Assembly (NCBI GenBank): GCA_965204745.1
Contig: OZ242010.1
Span: 1,760,001 to 1,824,000, forward strand
Direction of reading: 5' to 3'
Length of the DNA stretch: 64,000 nt
From: Candidatus Latescibacterota bacterium
GTDB lineage: Bacteria; Latescibacterota; UBA2968
Part shown: one piece after another, positions 30,261 to 38,975 of the stretch
Numbering within the stretch: the first letter of the stretch is position 1
Layout of the letters: the number at the start of each line of letters is the position of its first letter
Position numbers and translations under genes: made by a program
Notes under the pieces: model-generated
What the model saw: only the letters and a program-made list of their open reading frames with translations
What the model was told of the DNA's origin: nothing
The model's database searches: none

Positions 30261-30384
30261 TACCTGAAAAAAAATCGCTCAATGCGGCCTCCTCCTGAAG
30301 GCGAACAAAAAAAATGGCAGTGATTGCCTACATTTTTGCCGCACAATAGCAATGCGATAACTTTTAGCGAAAGGAAGAAAACCC

Positions 30385-31839
30385 TTGTTGAATATTCGCC
30401 TCTACCTGTTCGCAAATGTGATGATGCTGGCTTTGACCGCATGCGGTGGTGGGAGTGGGCGAGAAGATCTGTTCCCTGAGCCTATTCCAGCAACCGAAGG
30501 GGCCATTACAGTGAACATCGCCGAGTTCGCATCCCTGCCCGATATTGACGGTCAGGCGGCGTTGATGATGTTGCTCGTCGATGAACCGGGTACGGGTCGC
30601 TTGTTTGTGAACGACCAGTCTGGCGTATTGTACAGCGTCAGTTATGACGGGCGCACTGTTGTGCCCTATCTCGATCTTGACGCCTTGGGTAGCGCTGTTC
30701 CGACCATATTGCATAGTTTCGCTTTCCACCCGCAGTTCGCCGAGGCTGGCACTCCGGGGTTCGGCAAGTTCTACACCTTGGTCATATTCGAGACCCCCGT
30801 CGAAAAGCCCAACCGAACCATAATCTTGCATCAGTTGTCCATTCTGGAGTGGACAGCGGAGGATCCCTACGCCGCGTTCTACGATGGCGGCCCGCCGAGG
30901 GAAGTCATGCGGAAACCACCGGATATGTGGTCCGGTATGCTCGGTTTCAATCCAAGTGCAACCCCCGGGGATACCGACTTTGGGCTACTTTACATGTCGA
31001 TAGGCGTTGTATACAACAAAGACCGGGCACAAGACCTGAGCAATATACTCGGCAAGATACTCCGCATTGACCCCCTTGGGTCAAACAGCACCAACGGGCA
31101 GTACGGCATTCCCGCGGACAACCCATTTGTCTCAACGCGCAATGCGCTCGCCGAAATCTACGCCTACGGCATGCGCAACCCGCAACGCTTTGGCTGGGAT
31201 GTACGAAACGGCAACCTGTTCGTCGCAGACATCGGTAAACATCATGTTGAGGAGATCAACCTCGTCTCTGCTGGGGCCAACCTCGGCTGGCCTAATTGGG
31301 AGGGGAGTTTTCCTTGGGTTGACGACTGGCGCGACGACTGGCGCATCGTCGTCGGACTGGGCGAGAATGTGGTTCGGGCAATCCGGGAAGGGCACTTTCG
31401 GATCCAGCGTCCTTATGATCACCATGTTTTCAGTTTAGACAACCCCCGTAGCGACTCCAGCATCACCTATCCCGTTGTCGAGTTTGACCACCATGACCCA
31501 TTATTAGGAGAGAGAGTCGCCATAACCGGTGTCGTCGTTTACCGTCACGCTGCGATTCCCCAACTCGAGAACACGGTGCTCTTTGGCGACTTGGTCAGCG
31601 GCGAGGTGTTCTATTTTTCTGCGGACGACCTGCCCGAAGGCGGTCAAGCAGGCATTCGCCGGGTGCGGTTTGAGCATCGGGGCGAAACAAAGACCCTGTT
31701 GCAGATGATTCAAGAGAAGAATATCGCGCAGGGACGCGAGCCTGCTCACCGTGCGGATATGCGATTCGGCACCGGGCCGAATGGGCAGATATTCTTGCTC
31801 AACAAGCGAGATGGGATCATTCGCCGCCTCATGCCGTAG
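30385..31839 (+). CDS. PQQ/sorbosone-dehydrogenase-like lipoprotein, copy 4
   Basis: Same motifs; GMRNP. Confidence 0.85.
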   Translation: MLNIRLYLFANVMMLALTACGGGSGREDLFPEPIPATEGAITVNIAEFASLPDIDGQAALMMLLVDEPGTGRLFVNDQSGVLYSVSYDGRTVVPYLDLDALGSAVPTILHSFAFHPQFAEAGTPGFGKFYTLVIFETPVEKPNRTIILHQLSILEWTAEDPYAAFYDGGPPREVMRKPPDMWSGMLGFNPSATPGDTDFGLLYMSIGVVYNKDRAQDLSNILGKILRIDPLGSNSTNGQYGIPADNPFVSTRNALAEIYAYGMRNPQRFGWDVRNGNLFVADIGKHHVEEINLVSAGANLGWPNWEGSFPWVDDWRDDWRIVVGLGENVVRAIREGHFRIQRPYDHHVFSLDNPRSDSSITYPVVEFDHHDPLLGERVAITGVVVYRHAAIPQLENTVLFGDLVSGEVFYFSADDLPEGGQAGIRRVRFEHRGETKTLLQMIQEKNIAQGREPAHRADMRFGTGPNGQIFLLNKRDGIIRRLMP

Positions 31840-31865
31840 CAGGTTCAACGACAAATAGAAAGCGA

Positions 31866-32678
31866 ATGGCGATGAAAAACAAAAAAATCGCTGTAATTGG
31901 CGCGGGCAACATGGGCGGCGCGTTGATGGCCGGATGGATTCGGTCCAAACAAATCGCCCCCGAAAACATCACCGCAGTCGATCTCATCGCCGACGTGTTG
32001 GTGCAGAGAAAGCGCGAACTCGGCGTTTGCATCGCAACAGACGCCCGCGAGGTCATCGCGCATCGAGACATCGTGGTGCTGGGCATCAAGCCGCAAGCGT
32101 GGGAACAAAGCGTCTCGGGATTTCGGGATTTGTTGCGTGCGGATCAACTGATCATCTCGTTCATGGCAGGCGTGCGGATCGCGGCATTAGAAGCGGCCCT
32201 CGGCCCCTTGCCCATCATCCGCGCAATGCCCAACTTGCTCGCGCAGATCTGCGCCGCGGGTTCCGGGCTGTGCGCGGGCACGCATGCGGGAGACGATCAC
32301 CTGCGCTTGGCACTCGCGCTGTTCAACGCGGTCGGCACGGCGGTCGTCGTCACGGAATCGCAGCTGGACGCCGTCACCGGGCTTGCGGGCAGCGGGCCTG
32401 GGTATGTGTACGCCATCATCGACGCGTTGGCAGATGGGGGCGTGCGTTCTGGGTTGTCCAAAGACATGGCACTCGCGCTTGCAACGCAAACCGCGTTGGG
32501 CGCGGCATCGATGGTCATAGAAACCGGGGAACATCCGGCGCTGTTGAAAGATCGGGTCGCGTCGCCCGGTGGCACGACGATAGCGGGGTTGCACGCCTTA
32601 GAGCGGGGCGGGATGCGCGCCGCGGTGATGGACGCTGTTTTGGCTGCGACAGAACGGTCAAAGGCACTGGGGGAATGA
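31866..32678 (+). CDS. proC: Pyrroline-5-carboxylate reductase
   Basis: IGAGNMG, KPQ, RAMPN, GSGPGY, VASPGGTT. Confidence 0.95.
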   Translation: MAMKNKKIAVIGAGNMGGALMAGWIRSKQIAPENITAVDLIADVLVQRKRELGVCIATDAREVIAHRDIVVLGIKPQAWEQSVSGFRDLLRADQLIISFMAGVRIAALEAALGPLPIIRAMPNLLAQICAAGSGLCAGTHAGDDHLRLALALFNAVGTAVVVTESQLDAVTGLAGSGPGYVYAIIDALADGGVRSGLSKDMALALATQTALGAASMVIETGEHPALLKDRVASPGGTTIAGLHALERGGMRAAVMDAVLAATERSKALGE

Positions 32679-33280
32679 TGATCGCGATAGTAGATTACGG
32701 AATGGGAAATTTGCGGAGCGTTCAAAAGGCATTTGAACACCTCGGCGCGAAAGCCGCGATTGTGCATCGGCCCGAAGAGATCGACCATGCGGATCGCGTG
32801 GTGCTGCCCGGGGTGGGCGCGTTTGGCGATGCCATGGACAACCTGAAAGCAACGGGATTGATCGCTCCCATCGTAAAAGCCATCGCTGAGGGTCGTCCGT
32901 TTTTGGGAATATGTTTGGGCTTGCAACTGATGTTTGCCGAAAGCGAAGAGATGGGGCAACATCGGGGGTTGGGCATTTTGCCGGGCAGGGTGAGGCGTTT
33001 TCCCAATGGGCAGCGCGTTCCGCAAATTGGCTGGAACGAAGTGAGGATCCGGCGCGAGACCGCCCTGTTGGACGGCGTGCCCGATGGGTCGTATTTTTAT
33101 TTTGTGCATTCTTTTTTCGTGGCCTCTGACCGCGATGCCGATGTGATCGGCACAACGGATTACGGGATCGATTACGCGTCGATAGCCGGAGGTGGTCGGG
33201 CTTTTGGCGTGCAATTTCACCCGGAGAAAAGTCAGGATGCCGGGTTGAAAATTTTGAAAAATTTTGCGGAGAAGGTGTAG
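32675..33280 (+). CDS. hisH: Imidazole glycerol phosphate synthase glutaminase subunit
   Basis: IVDYGMGNLRSV, LPGVG, GICLG, FVHS, QFHPEKS. Confidence 0.96.
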   Translation: MMIAIVDYGMGNLRSVQKAFEHLGAKAAIVHRPEEIDHADRVVLPGVGAFGDAMDNLKATGLIAPIVKAIAEGRPFLGICLGLQLMFAESEEMGQHRGLGILPGRVRRFPNGQRVPQIGWNEVRIRRETALLDGVPDGSYFYFVHSFFVASDRDADVIGTTDYGIDYASIAGGGRAFGVQFHPEKSQDAGLKILKNFAEKV

Positions 33281-33281
33281 G

Positions 33282-34079
33282 GTGTTGGCAAAGCGAATCA
33301 TTCCGTGTTTGGACGTGAAAAACGGGCGCAATGTGCGCGGGGTCAGGTTTTCGGCGGATAAAGACGCAGGCGACCCCATCGCGTTGGCGCGGCGATACGA
33401 CCGCGAAGGTGCCGACGAACTGGTGTTTTACGATATTACCGCGTCAGCGGAAAAGCGCGAGATCGTGGGCGAACTCGTGCGGCGCGTGTCCGAAGAGGTG
33501 TTCATCCCCTTTACGGTTGGCGGGGGCGTTCGCACCTATCGCGATATTCGCACCATTATCGAAGGGGGCGCGGAAAAAGCGTCGATCAATTCGGCGGCCA
33601 TCCACGCGCCCGAGATCATCACGCACGGGGCCGAAAGTTTTGGGTCGCAGGCCATCGTGGGATCCATTGACGCGATTCGGCGACCGAGTTCCGATCACGG
33701 GTCAGAACCGCGCTGGGAGGTGGTCATCGATGGCGGGCGCACTCCTACCGGCAGAGACGCCCTCGAATGGGCAGAAGAACTGGTGGATCGCGGCGCGGGC
33801 GAATTGGTGCTGAACAGCATTGACGCGGACGGGACACAAGCGGGATACGATATCGACCTGAACCGCATGGTCGCCGAGCGCGTGGATGTGCCTATCGTGG
33901 CGTCTGGCGGCGCGGGCGGCCCGGAAGATATGTATGCCGTGTTGTCCAAAGGCGAGGCGAGTGCCGCGCTGGCCGCGTCCATTTTTCACTACGAGCAATA
34001 CAGCATCGCGGAAGTCAAAACCTATCTCGCGGAACGCGGGGTGCCAGTGCGCCCGAAAATTGAAATTGATTTGACATGA
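33282..34079 (+). CDS. hisF: Imidazole glycerol phosphate synthase cyclase subunit
   Basis: LAKRIIPCLDV, GADELVFYDITAS, TVGGG, DGT..GYD, LAASIFH. Confidence 0.96.
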   Translation: MLAKRIIPCLDVKNGRNVRGVRFSADKDAGDPIALARRYDREGADELVFYDITASAEKREIVGELVRRVSEEVFIPFTVGGGVRTYRDIRTIIEGGAEKASINSAAIHAPEIITHGAESFGSQAIVGSIDAIRRPSSDHGSEPRWEVVIDGGRTPTGRDALEWAEELVDRGAGELVLNSIDADGTQAGYDIDLNRMVAERVDVPIVASGGAGGPEDMYAVLSKGEASAALAASIFHYEQYSIAEVKTYLAERGVPVRPKIEIDLT

Positions 34080-34090
34080 GATGCGGTAAA

Positions 34091-34177
34091 GGCATAAAAG
34101 CCACAAAAGGCATGAAAGCCACAAAAGGCACAAAAGGCACAAAAGGGGTACAACTGGCGATAGCCAGTTCAAAGGCA
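34091..34177. repeat. 9-mer tandem array plus hairpin module C (inverted copy at 49345-49377)
   Basis: (CACAAAAGG)n followed by GGGGTACAACTGGCGATAGCCAGTTCAAAGGCA. Confidence 0.85.
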
Positions 34178-34204
34178 TGAGCGGGGTACGAGTTCAATAA
34201 GATC

Positions 34205-34452
34205 GGGACCTACCCCCCTAACCCCCGTTACTCGCTACGCTTCGTTGTAGGCTACGCCTGTGCCTGCGAGGAAGGGGGGAACTGTGAGCGGTTTTGCGAG
34301 GGGATTGATGAGGGGTTTTAATCGCTTTATGCCCTCGGTCAACGCCATCAGAGCAACTAGAGCGAGAAGCCATCAAAGGAGCTTTACTCCCCTTTCCTTG
34401 TAGGAAAGGGGCCGGGGGATAGGTCCCCTCGCGCAACGCCATCAGAGCAACC
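34205..34452. repeat. Palindromic repeat family A, copy 2, with an insert of about 35 nt in the first hairpin
   Basis: Near-identical to the reverse complement of the 50807-50996 copy and its flank. Confidence 0.9.
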
Positions 34453-34549
34453 ATCATCCCTGCGATGAGGCAGGATACGGGCAACTTAAAAGCAAATTGG
34501 TATAAGCAGTCAGGGATCAACTCCTGTCTAACATCCATCAAAAAGTAAA

Positions 34550-35698
34550 ATGCAAAAAACAAAAACAATAAATCGCATAGCCCTATTCGACAATGTGCGG
34601 CGGGTGGTCGTGAAATTAGGCACGCGGGTCGTAACCGCGCACGGCAACGCATTGAATCTCGCCGTGATCGACCGCTTGGCCGCCGACGTGGCCTGCCTGA
34701 GAAATCGCGGTGTGGAGGTGGCTATCGTGACCTCGGGCGCGGTCGGCGCGGGCATGGGCCGCTTGGGATTGGCGCATCGGCCCAGGCGGTTGCCCGAGTT
34801 GCAGGCCACTGCCGCGGTCGGGCAAGGGCTGGTGATGGATGCGTACAAACGGGCGTTTGAAACGCATGATATGGCCGTGGGGCAGGTGTTGTTGACGTCG
34901 GATGATTTGGACAATCGCACGCGCTACGTGAACGCGCGCAACACTTTGGACCAACTGTTTCGGTATGGGGGCGTGCCCGTTGTCAATGAGAACGACAGCG
35001 TGGCTGTGGAAGAATTGCAACTGTCCGTCGGCGAAAACGACCGCCTCTCCGCGCTGGTGTCGCATCTCTTGGACGCGGACATGCTGGTGTTGTTGACCGA
35101 CGTGGATGGGTTGTTTTCGAGCGATCCGGCCAAAGACCCGCACGCGCAACTGATCCGGTTCGCACGCGGCGTGCCCCAAAAATTCCACGCACTCGTGGGC
35201 GCATCGGGCAACGCGATGGGGCGCGGGGGCATGCGGACCAAACTCCGAGCCGCCGAGGCCGTGTTGCAAGGCGGGCAAATGGCGCTGATAGCGAATGGTT
35301 GCACCACTGGCGTGCGCGACATTTTGGACGGCGCGGATCGCGGCACCCTCTTCGTACCGCATGATCGCAGCCTGAACAGCAAAGCCCTGTGGTTGGCGCA
35401 TTCCCGCAAGCGCGGGGGCGTGGTGGTGGATGATGGCGCGGTTGCCGCCTTGACCGATAGGGGCAAGAGCCTGCTGTCTTCGGGCATTGTCCGCGTGATC
35501 GGCAGTTTTGAAGTCGGCGAACTCATCGGCGTTGAAACCGAACAGCGCGTTGAAATCGCGCGCGGCTTGACCCGATTCGCCGCGGTTGACGTGCAACGCA
35601 TCCGCGGCAAAAAAACCCCAGAAATCGCCCAAATCCTCGAGATCGCCAGCGGTGCGGTGGTGATTCATAGAGATGATATGGTGGTTGTGAAAAAGTGA
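34550..35698 (+). CDS. proB: Glutamate 5-kinase
   Basis: VVKLGT, TSGAV, AAVGQ, NEND, GGMRTK, PUA domain. Confidence 0.96.
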   Translation: MQKTKTINRIALFDNVRRVVVKLGTRVVTAHGNALNLAVIDRLAADVACLRNRGVEVAIVTSGAVGAGMGRLGLAHRPRRLPELQATAAVGQGLVMDAYKRAFETHDMAVGQVLLTSDDLDNRTRYVNARNTLDQLFRYGGVPVVNENDSVAVEELQLSVGENDRLSALVSHLLDADMLVLLTDVDGLFSSDPAKDPHAQLIRFARGVPQKFHALVGASGNAMGRGGMRTKLRAAEAVLQGGQMALIANGCTTGVRDILDGADRGTLFVPHDRSLNSKALWLAHSRKRGGVVVDDGAVAALTDRGKSLLSSGIVRVIGSFEVGELIGVETEQRVEIARGLTRFAAVDVQRIRGKKTPEIAQILEIASGAVVIHRDDMVVVKK

Positions 35699-35723
35699 GA
35701 TACTCTCTCACGGAGGTTCTACC

Positions 35724-36071
35724 ATGCGTGCATTTTATCGTGGACACAGCACGGTGTTGCCGGGAAGTGCCCGTCAACGCCTGAACAAATTTTTGATCTT
35801 CGCGCCAATCTTATGCTCGTTGTATCTGTGCGTTGCAGGCGACAGCGGTTTTTTTCAACTCGTGATGCGCGAACAACAGATCGCCGCGTTGGAACAGGAG
35901 ATCGCCAGCATCCGCCAGCAAAATGCGGACTTGGAGCGCGAGGCCGCCTTGGTGGAAAACAATTTGGGCGAAATTGAACGCATCGCCCGAGAACGCTATG
36001 GCATGGTGTATCCGAATGAATCGGTTTATATGATCTATCCCAAGCCCCCCACAGAATTGGAGAAGCCGTGA
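35724..36071 (+). CDS. Septum formation initiator (FtsB/DivIC family)
   Basis: TM helix, GDSG, coiled coil, IERIARERYGMV.PNE. Confidence 0.85.
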   Translation: MRAFYRGHSTVLPGSARQRLNKFLIFAPILCSLYLCVAGDSGFFQLVMREQQIAALEQEIASIRQQNADLEREAALVENNLGEIERIARERYGMVYPNESVYMIYPKPPTELEKP

Positions 36072-36865
36072 TTTGCCAGACCGATGGCTTGGTGTTGCGC
36101 GGGTTTCGCATGAGCGAAAGTAGCAAGGTCGCGGTGATCTTTTCCCGCGAGTACGGCAAGGTGCGATTGGCGGCCCGAGGCGTGCGACGGCCCAAGAGCA
36201 AATTTGGCGCGAGCCTCGAATCCATGACCTGGGGTCGCTATGTGTTTTACCGGCGGGAGAATCGCGCATTGCAAACCCTGAGCGAAGGCGATATCGTCCA
36301 CTCCTTCGAGGCGGTCAAGCAACACTACGACCGCGTGGCCGCAGGCAGCGCGATATGCGAATTTCTCGATCATATCACAGAAGACGAGGACCGCAACCCG
36401 CTCTTGTTCAGCATCGCGCTAGAAGCCATGCAATGGGTGGGCAGCGTTCCGGAAATCGCATTGGATGTGCCGGTGTGGTATTTTCAAATTCGCGCGGCGG
36501 GCGCGGTGGGGTATCGGCCCCATGTGAGCGGTTGCGTTCAATGTGGTGCGCGACTTTCCGGGCCGCGCTTGGGATTTAGCCCCGTCATGGGCGGCACCCT
36601 GTGTGGCAATCACGCGAACATGGGCATGCGCGTGCGGGTCGAGACCGCGAATTTGATGGCGCAGTTGCAAGTGCGACGACCCGACCGCATCGATCTCGCG
36701 CTGTTGCGCGGCGTGGATCGCGCAGAGATAACGCGGTTGTTGCGCGCATTTTTCGACCAGCACATCGCAACGCGCTATCGCCCGAGAGCACTGGATTTTT
36801 TCAATCGCTTGCGCGCCGCCGAACAACCCGAGGCATATCGCATCAACGCAGAGAAAACCGGATGA
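36068..36865 (+). CDS. recO: DNA repair protein RecO
   Basis: TDGLVLR, GKVRLAARGVRRPKSKF, CVQC...C zinc motif. Confidence 0.92.
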   Translation: MICQTDGLVLRGFRMSESSKVAVIFSREYGKVRLAARGVRRPKSKFGASLESMTWGRYVFYRRENRALQTLSEGDIVHSFEAVKQHYDRVAAGSAICEFLDHITEDEDRNPLLFSIALEAMQWVGSVPEIALDVPVWYFQIRAAGAVGYRPHVSGCVQCGARLSGPRLGFSPVMGGTLCGNHANMGMRVRVETANLMAQLQVRRPDRIDLALLRGVDRAEITRLLRAFFDQHIATRYRPRALDFFNRLRAAEQPEAYRINAEKTG

Positions 36866-36942
36866 GTAGGCATGTCATGCTGAGGCGGGCGAAGCGTCTT
36901 TGCTCAGCATGACGGGACATCACAAAGCGGAGCGCGTCGTTC

Positions 36943-37533
36943 ATGCATCGATTCTTACAGCGGTGGCTAGACCGCAAAAAACTCCAGTTCGTCCAACTGC
37001 GCGAGGTGTCGCTCTTTCAGAACTTGAATCGCCGCGAGTTGCAAGAGGTGGAGCAACACCTGACAGAACACACGTATTCAAAAGGCGGCGTCATTTTTGA
37101 ACAGGGCGCGGCGGGCGATGGCGTTTACGTGGTGTTGCAAGGGCGCGTGGCGGTGCTTCAGAAAGACGGGGAAGATGGCGCGCCCGCGTTGCTTTCCCAA
37201 TCCGAATCCGGATCTTTTTTTGGCGAAACCGCGCTGTTAGACGACGCGCCCCGAACCGCTGCGGCAGTGGCACGAGAAGACGTGCGATTGGCCTTTTTTT
37301 CTCGAGACGCGCTGCGGAAGTTGGCGGAACGACGCCCGCGCCTAGGCGTAAAACTCGCCAGTCAACTTTCGCAGATCATCGCCGAGCGATTGCGCCACAC
37401 CCATCGCGGTTTGCAAGTTGCCCAAGACGAATTGGCAAAACGACAGAAGCGCGCACAGGCGTCGCCTAACAACGCAACGCAGCGCGTCATAGACGAGAAA
37501 ATCAACCGACAAACAGGAGCAAAAAATGAATGA
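36943..37533 (+). CDS. Cyclic nucleotide-binding domain protein
   Basis: IFEQG..GDGVYVVLQG, FFGETALLD..PRTA. Confidence 0.9.
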   Translation: MHRFLQRWLDRKKLQFVQLREVSLFQNLNRRELQEVEQHLTEHTYSKGGVIFEQGAAGDGVYVVLQGRVAVLQKDGEDGAPALLSQSESGSFFGETALLDDAPRTAAAVAREDVRLAFFSRDALRKLAERRPRLGVKLASQLSQIIAERLRHTHRGLQVAQDELAKRQKRAQASPNNATQRVIDEKINRQTGAKNE

Positions 37534-38959
37534 ATCTCCTGCGAGCGGCATGCGGGCTGTGCAGATCTTGCGTATCGTGATCTTTTTCCTTTTGATCGCA
37601 GCAACGGCTTGGTTGCTCTATACCATCCGGGGCACGCTAGCCCCTTTTTTGATCGCGTTTGTGCTGTCGTATTTGTTGATGCCCTTGGTCGATTTCCTCG
37701 AGTCCTACCGCGTAAATCGCCGGATCGCCGTGGCCGGCGTTTTGCTAGCTGTTTTTGCCATCGTGATCATTCCCCTCGTCGTGGTCGCGCCCAGGATCGC
37801 ACGCGGCACAGAGGATTTGGTGCAACACATCATTGGGGATCAGGAAACATGGCTCTGTGTGGTGGAAAATCCCGGCACTATCATCGTCGCGATGGAGCGT
37901 TTTGAAAGCACCCTCGACGATTTTAAGGCAGAGGGTTTGCCCATCAAATTGATGCCCGGGGAGCGGGATACCCTGCACATGGTCTTTTCCCCACAAGAGA
38001 CGGAAACGCGGCGTGCTCTTTTGAACGTGTACGGTTCATCGGGCGGGCGAGATGGCATTATCGCGATGACACTCGTGGGGAACGACACGGCATCGGTTTC
38101 GGGCGCGGTCATTTCCGAACCCACCCAAAAGGTTCGCTTTGGCCGGTCCGAAATTTTGCTGTCGGCAACCCAACACGTTTTTGGCAGTTACAAGCCCGGC
38201 TATTTCGCATTGGTAAAATCCTATACGAAAACCCTTCGGACGAGGGTCGAAGAATGGATCCCCCTGCTCAAAGGCAATGAGGCCCTAGAAGAAATCACTG
38301 CGCGGTTTCAGATCGTGGTCACCAATTTTTTCAAGCAAATCCCCAGGTTGATCGGGCAAGTGTTGTCCGGGCTGACATTTGTCATCATCGTGCCCCTGGT
38401 TTTGTTTTTCTTTTTAGGCGAGGGGCGAGCGATCAAGCGCGCGCTCATCGAGCTGGTGCCGAATCGCTACTTTGAATTGGTCTTAAATCTCTTGTACCGC
38501 ATCGAAAAGCAACTGGGCGGCTATATCCGCGGGATGGTGTTGTCGGTGGCGATTGTCTCGTTGCTGTCCAGTTTCCTGCTCTGGCTCATCGGCCTGGAGC
38601 ATTTCTTGGTGATTGGCCTGTTCGCGGGGCTGGCCAATGTGATTCCGTATTTGGGCCCTGTGGTCGGCATTGTCGCCGGGGTGATCGCCGCCGTCTTGCA
38701 ATATTCCGCCCTGAGCGCGGGGATCATCGTTCCGGTGGTGGTCGTTTTTCTGATCGTGCAGGCCATCGACAATGTCTTCGTCGCCCCGGTGGTGGTTGCG
38801 CGCAGCGTGAATTTGCATCCCCTGCTCGTGATTTTTGCCGTGCTCGTCGGCAGCCAGTTGTTCGGCGCGGTGGGCATGTTGCTCGCCATTCCCGCAACCG
38901 CAGTGCTAAAAGTATCCGCGCAGACGATTTACGAGGGATTGCGGCGTTATTCCGCGTAA
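37526..38959 (+). CDS. AI-2E family transporter with a soluble insertion
   Basis: PFLIAFVLSYLLMP, LGGYIRG, IPYLGP, LHPLLVI, GMLLAIP. Confidence 0.88.
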   Translation: MNESPASGMRAVQILRIVIFFLLIAATAWLLYTIRGTLAPFLIAFVLSYLLMPLVDFLESYRVNRRIAVAGVLLAVFAIVIIPLVVVAPRIARGTEDLVQHIIGDQETWLCVVENPGTIIVAMERFESTLDDFKAEGLPIKLMPGERDTLHMVFSPQETETRRALLNVYGSSGGRDGIIAMTLVGNDTASVSGAVISEPTQKVRFGRSEILLSATQHVFGSYKPGYFALVKSYTKTLRTRVEEWIPLLKGNEALEEITARFQIVVTNFFKQIPRLIGQVLSGLTFVIIVPLVLFFFLGEGRAIKRALIELVPNRYFELVLNLLYRIEKQLGGYIRGMVLSVAIVSLLSSFLLWLIGLEHFLVIGLFAGLANVIPYLGPVVGIVAGVIAAVLQYSALSAGIIVPVVVVFLIVQAIDNVFVAPVVVARSVNLHPLLVIFAVLVGSQLFGAVGMLLAIPATAVLKVSAQTIYEGLRRYSA

Positions 38960-38975
38960 AAAGGAGTTGCACAAA

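Noticed and set aside
23467-31860. Integron cassette array
   Set aside because: Junctions are direct copies of neighbouring gene ends, not attC palindromes; no integrase in the window.
34483-34506. Possible IS630-like end (..TTGGTATAA) after repeat A, echoed at 53793 after repeat B
   Set aside because: No convincing partner inverted repeat upstream, so not counted as further hollow shells; worth rechecking genome-wide.
35698-35708. AGATACTCTCT matching the IS110 right end; also ATACAAGAGG at 56164
   Set aside because: Only 10-11 nt, with no other IS sequence; compatible with chance, and the first is part of a local hairpin.
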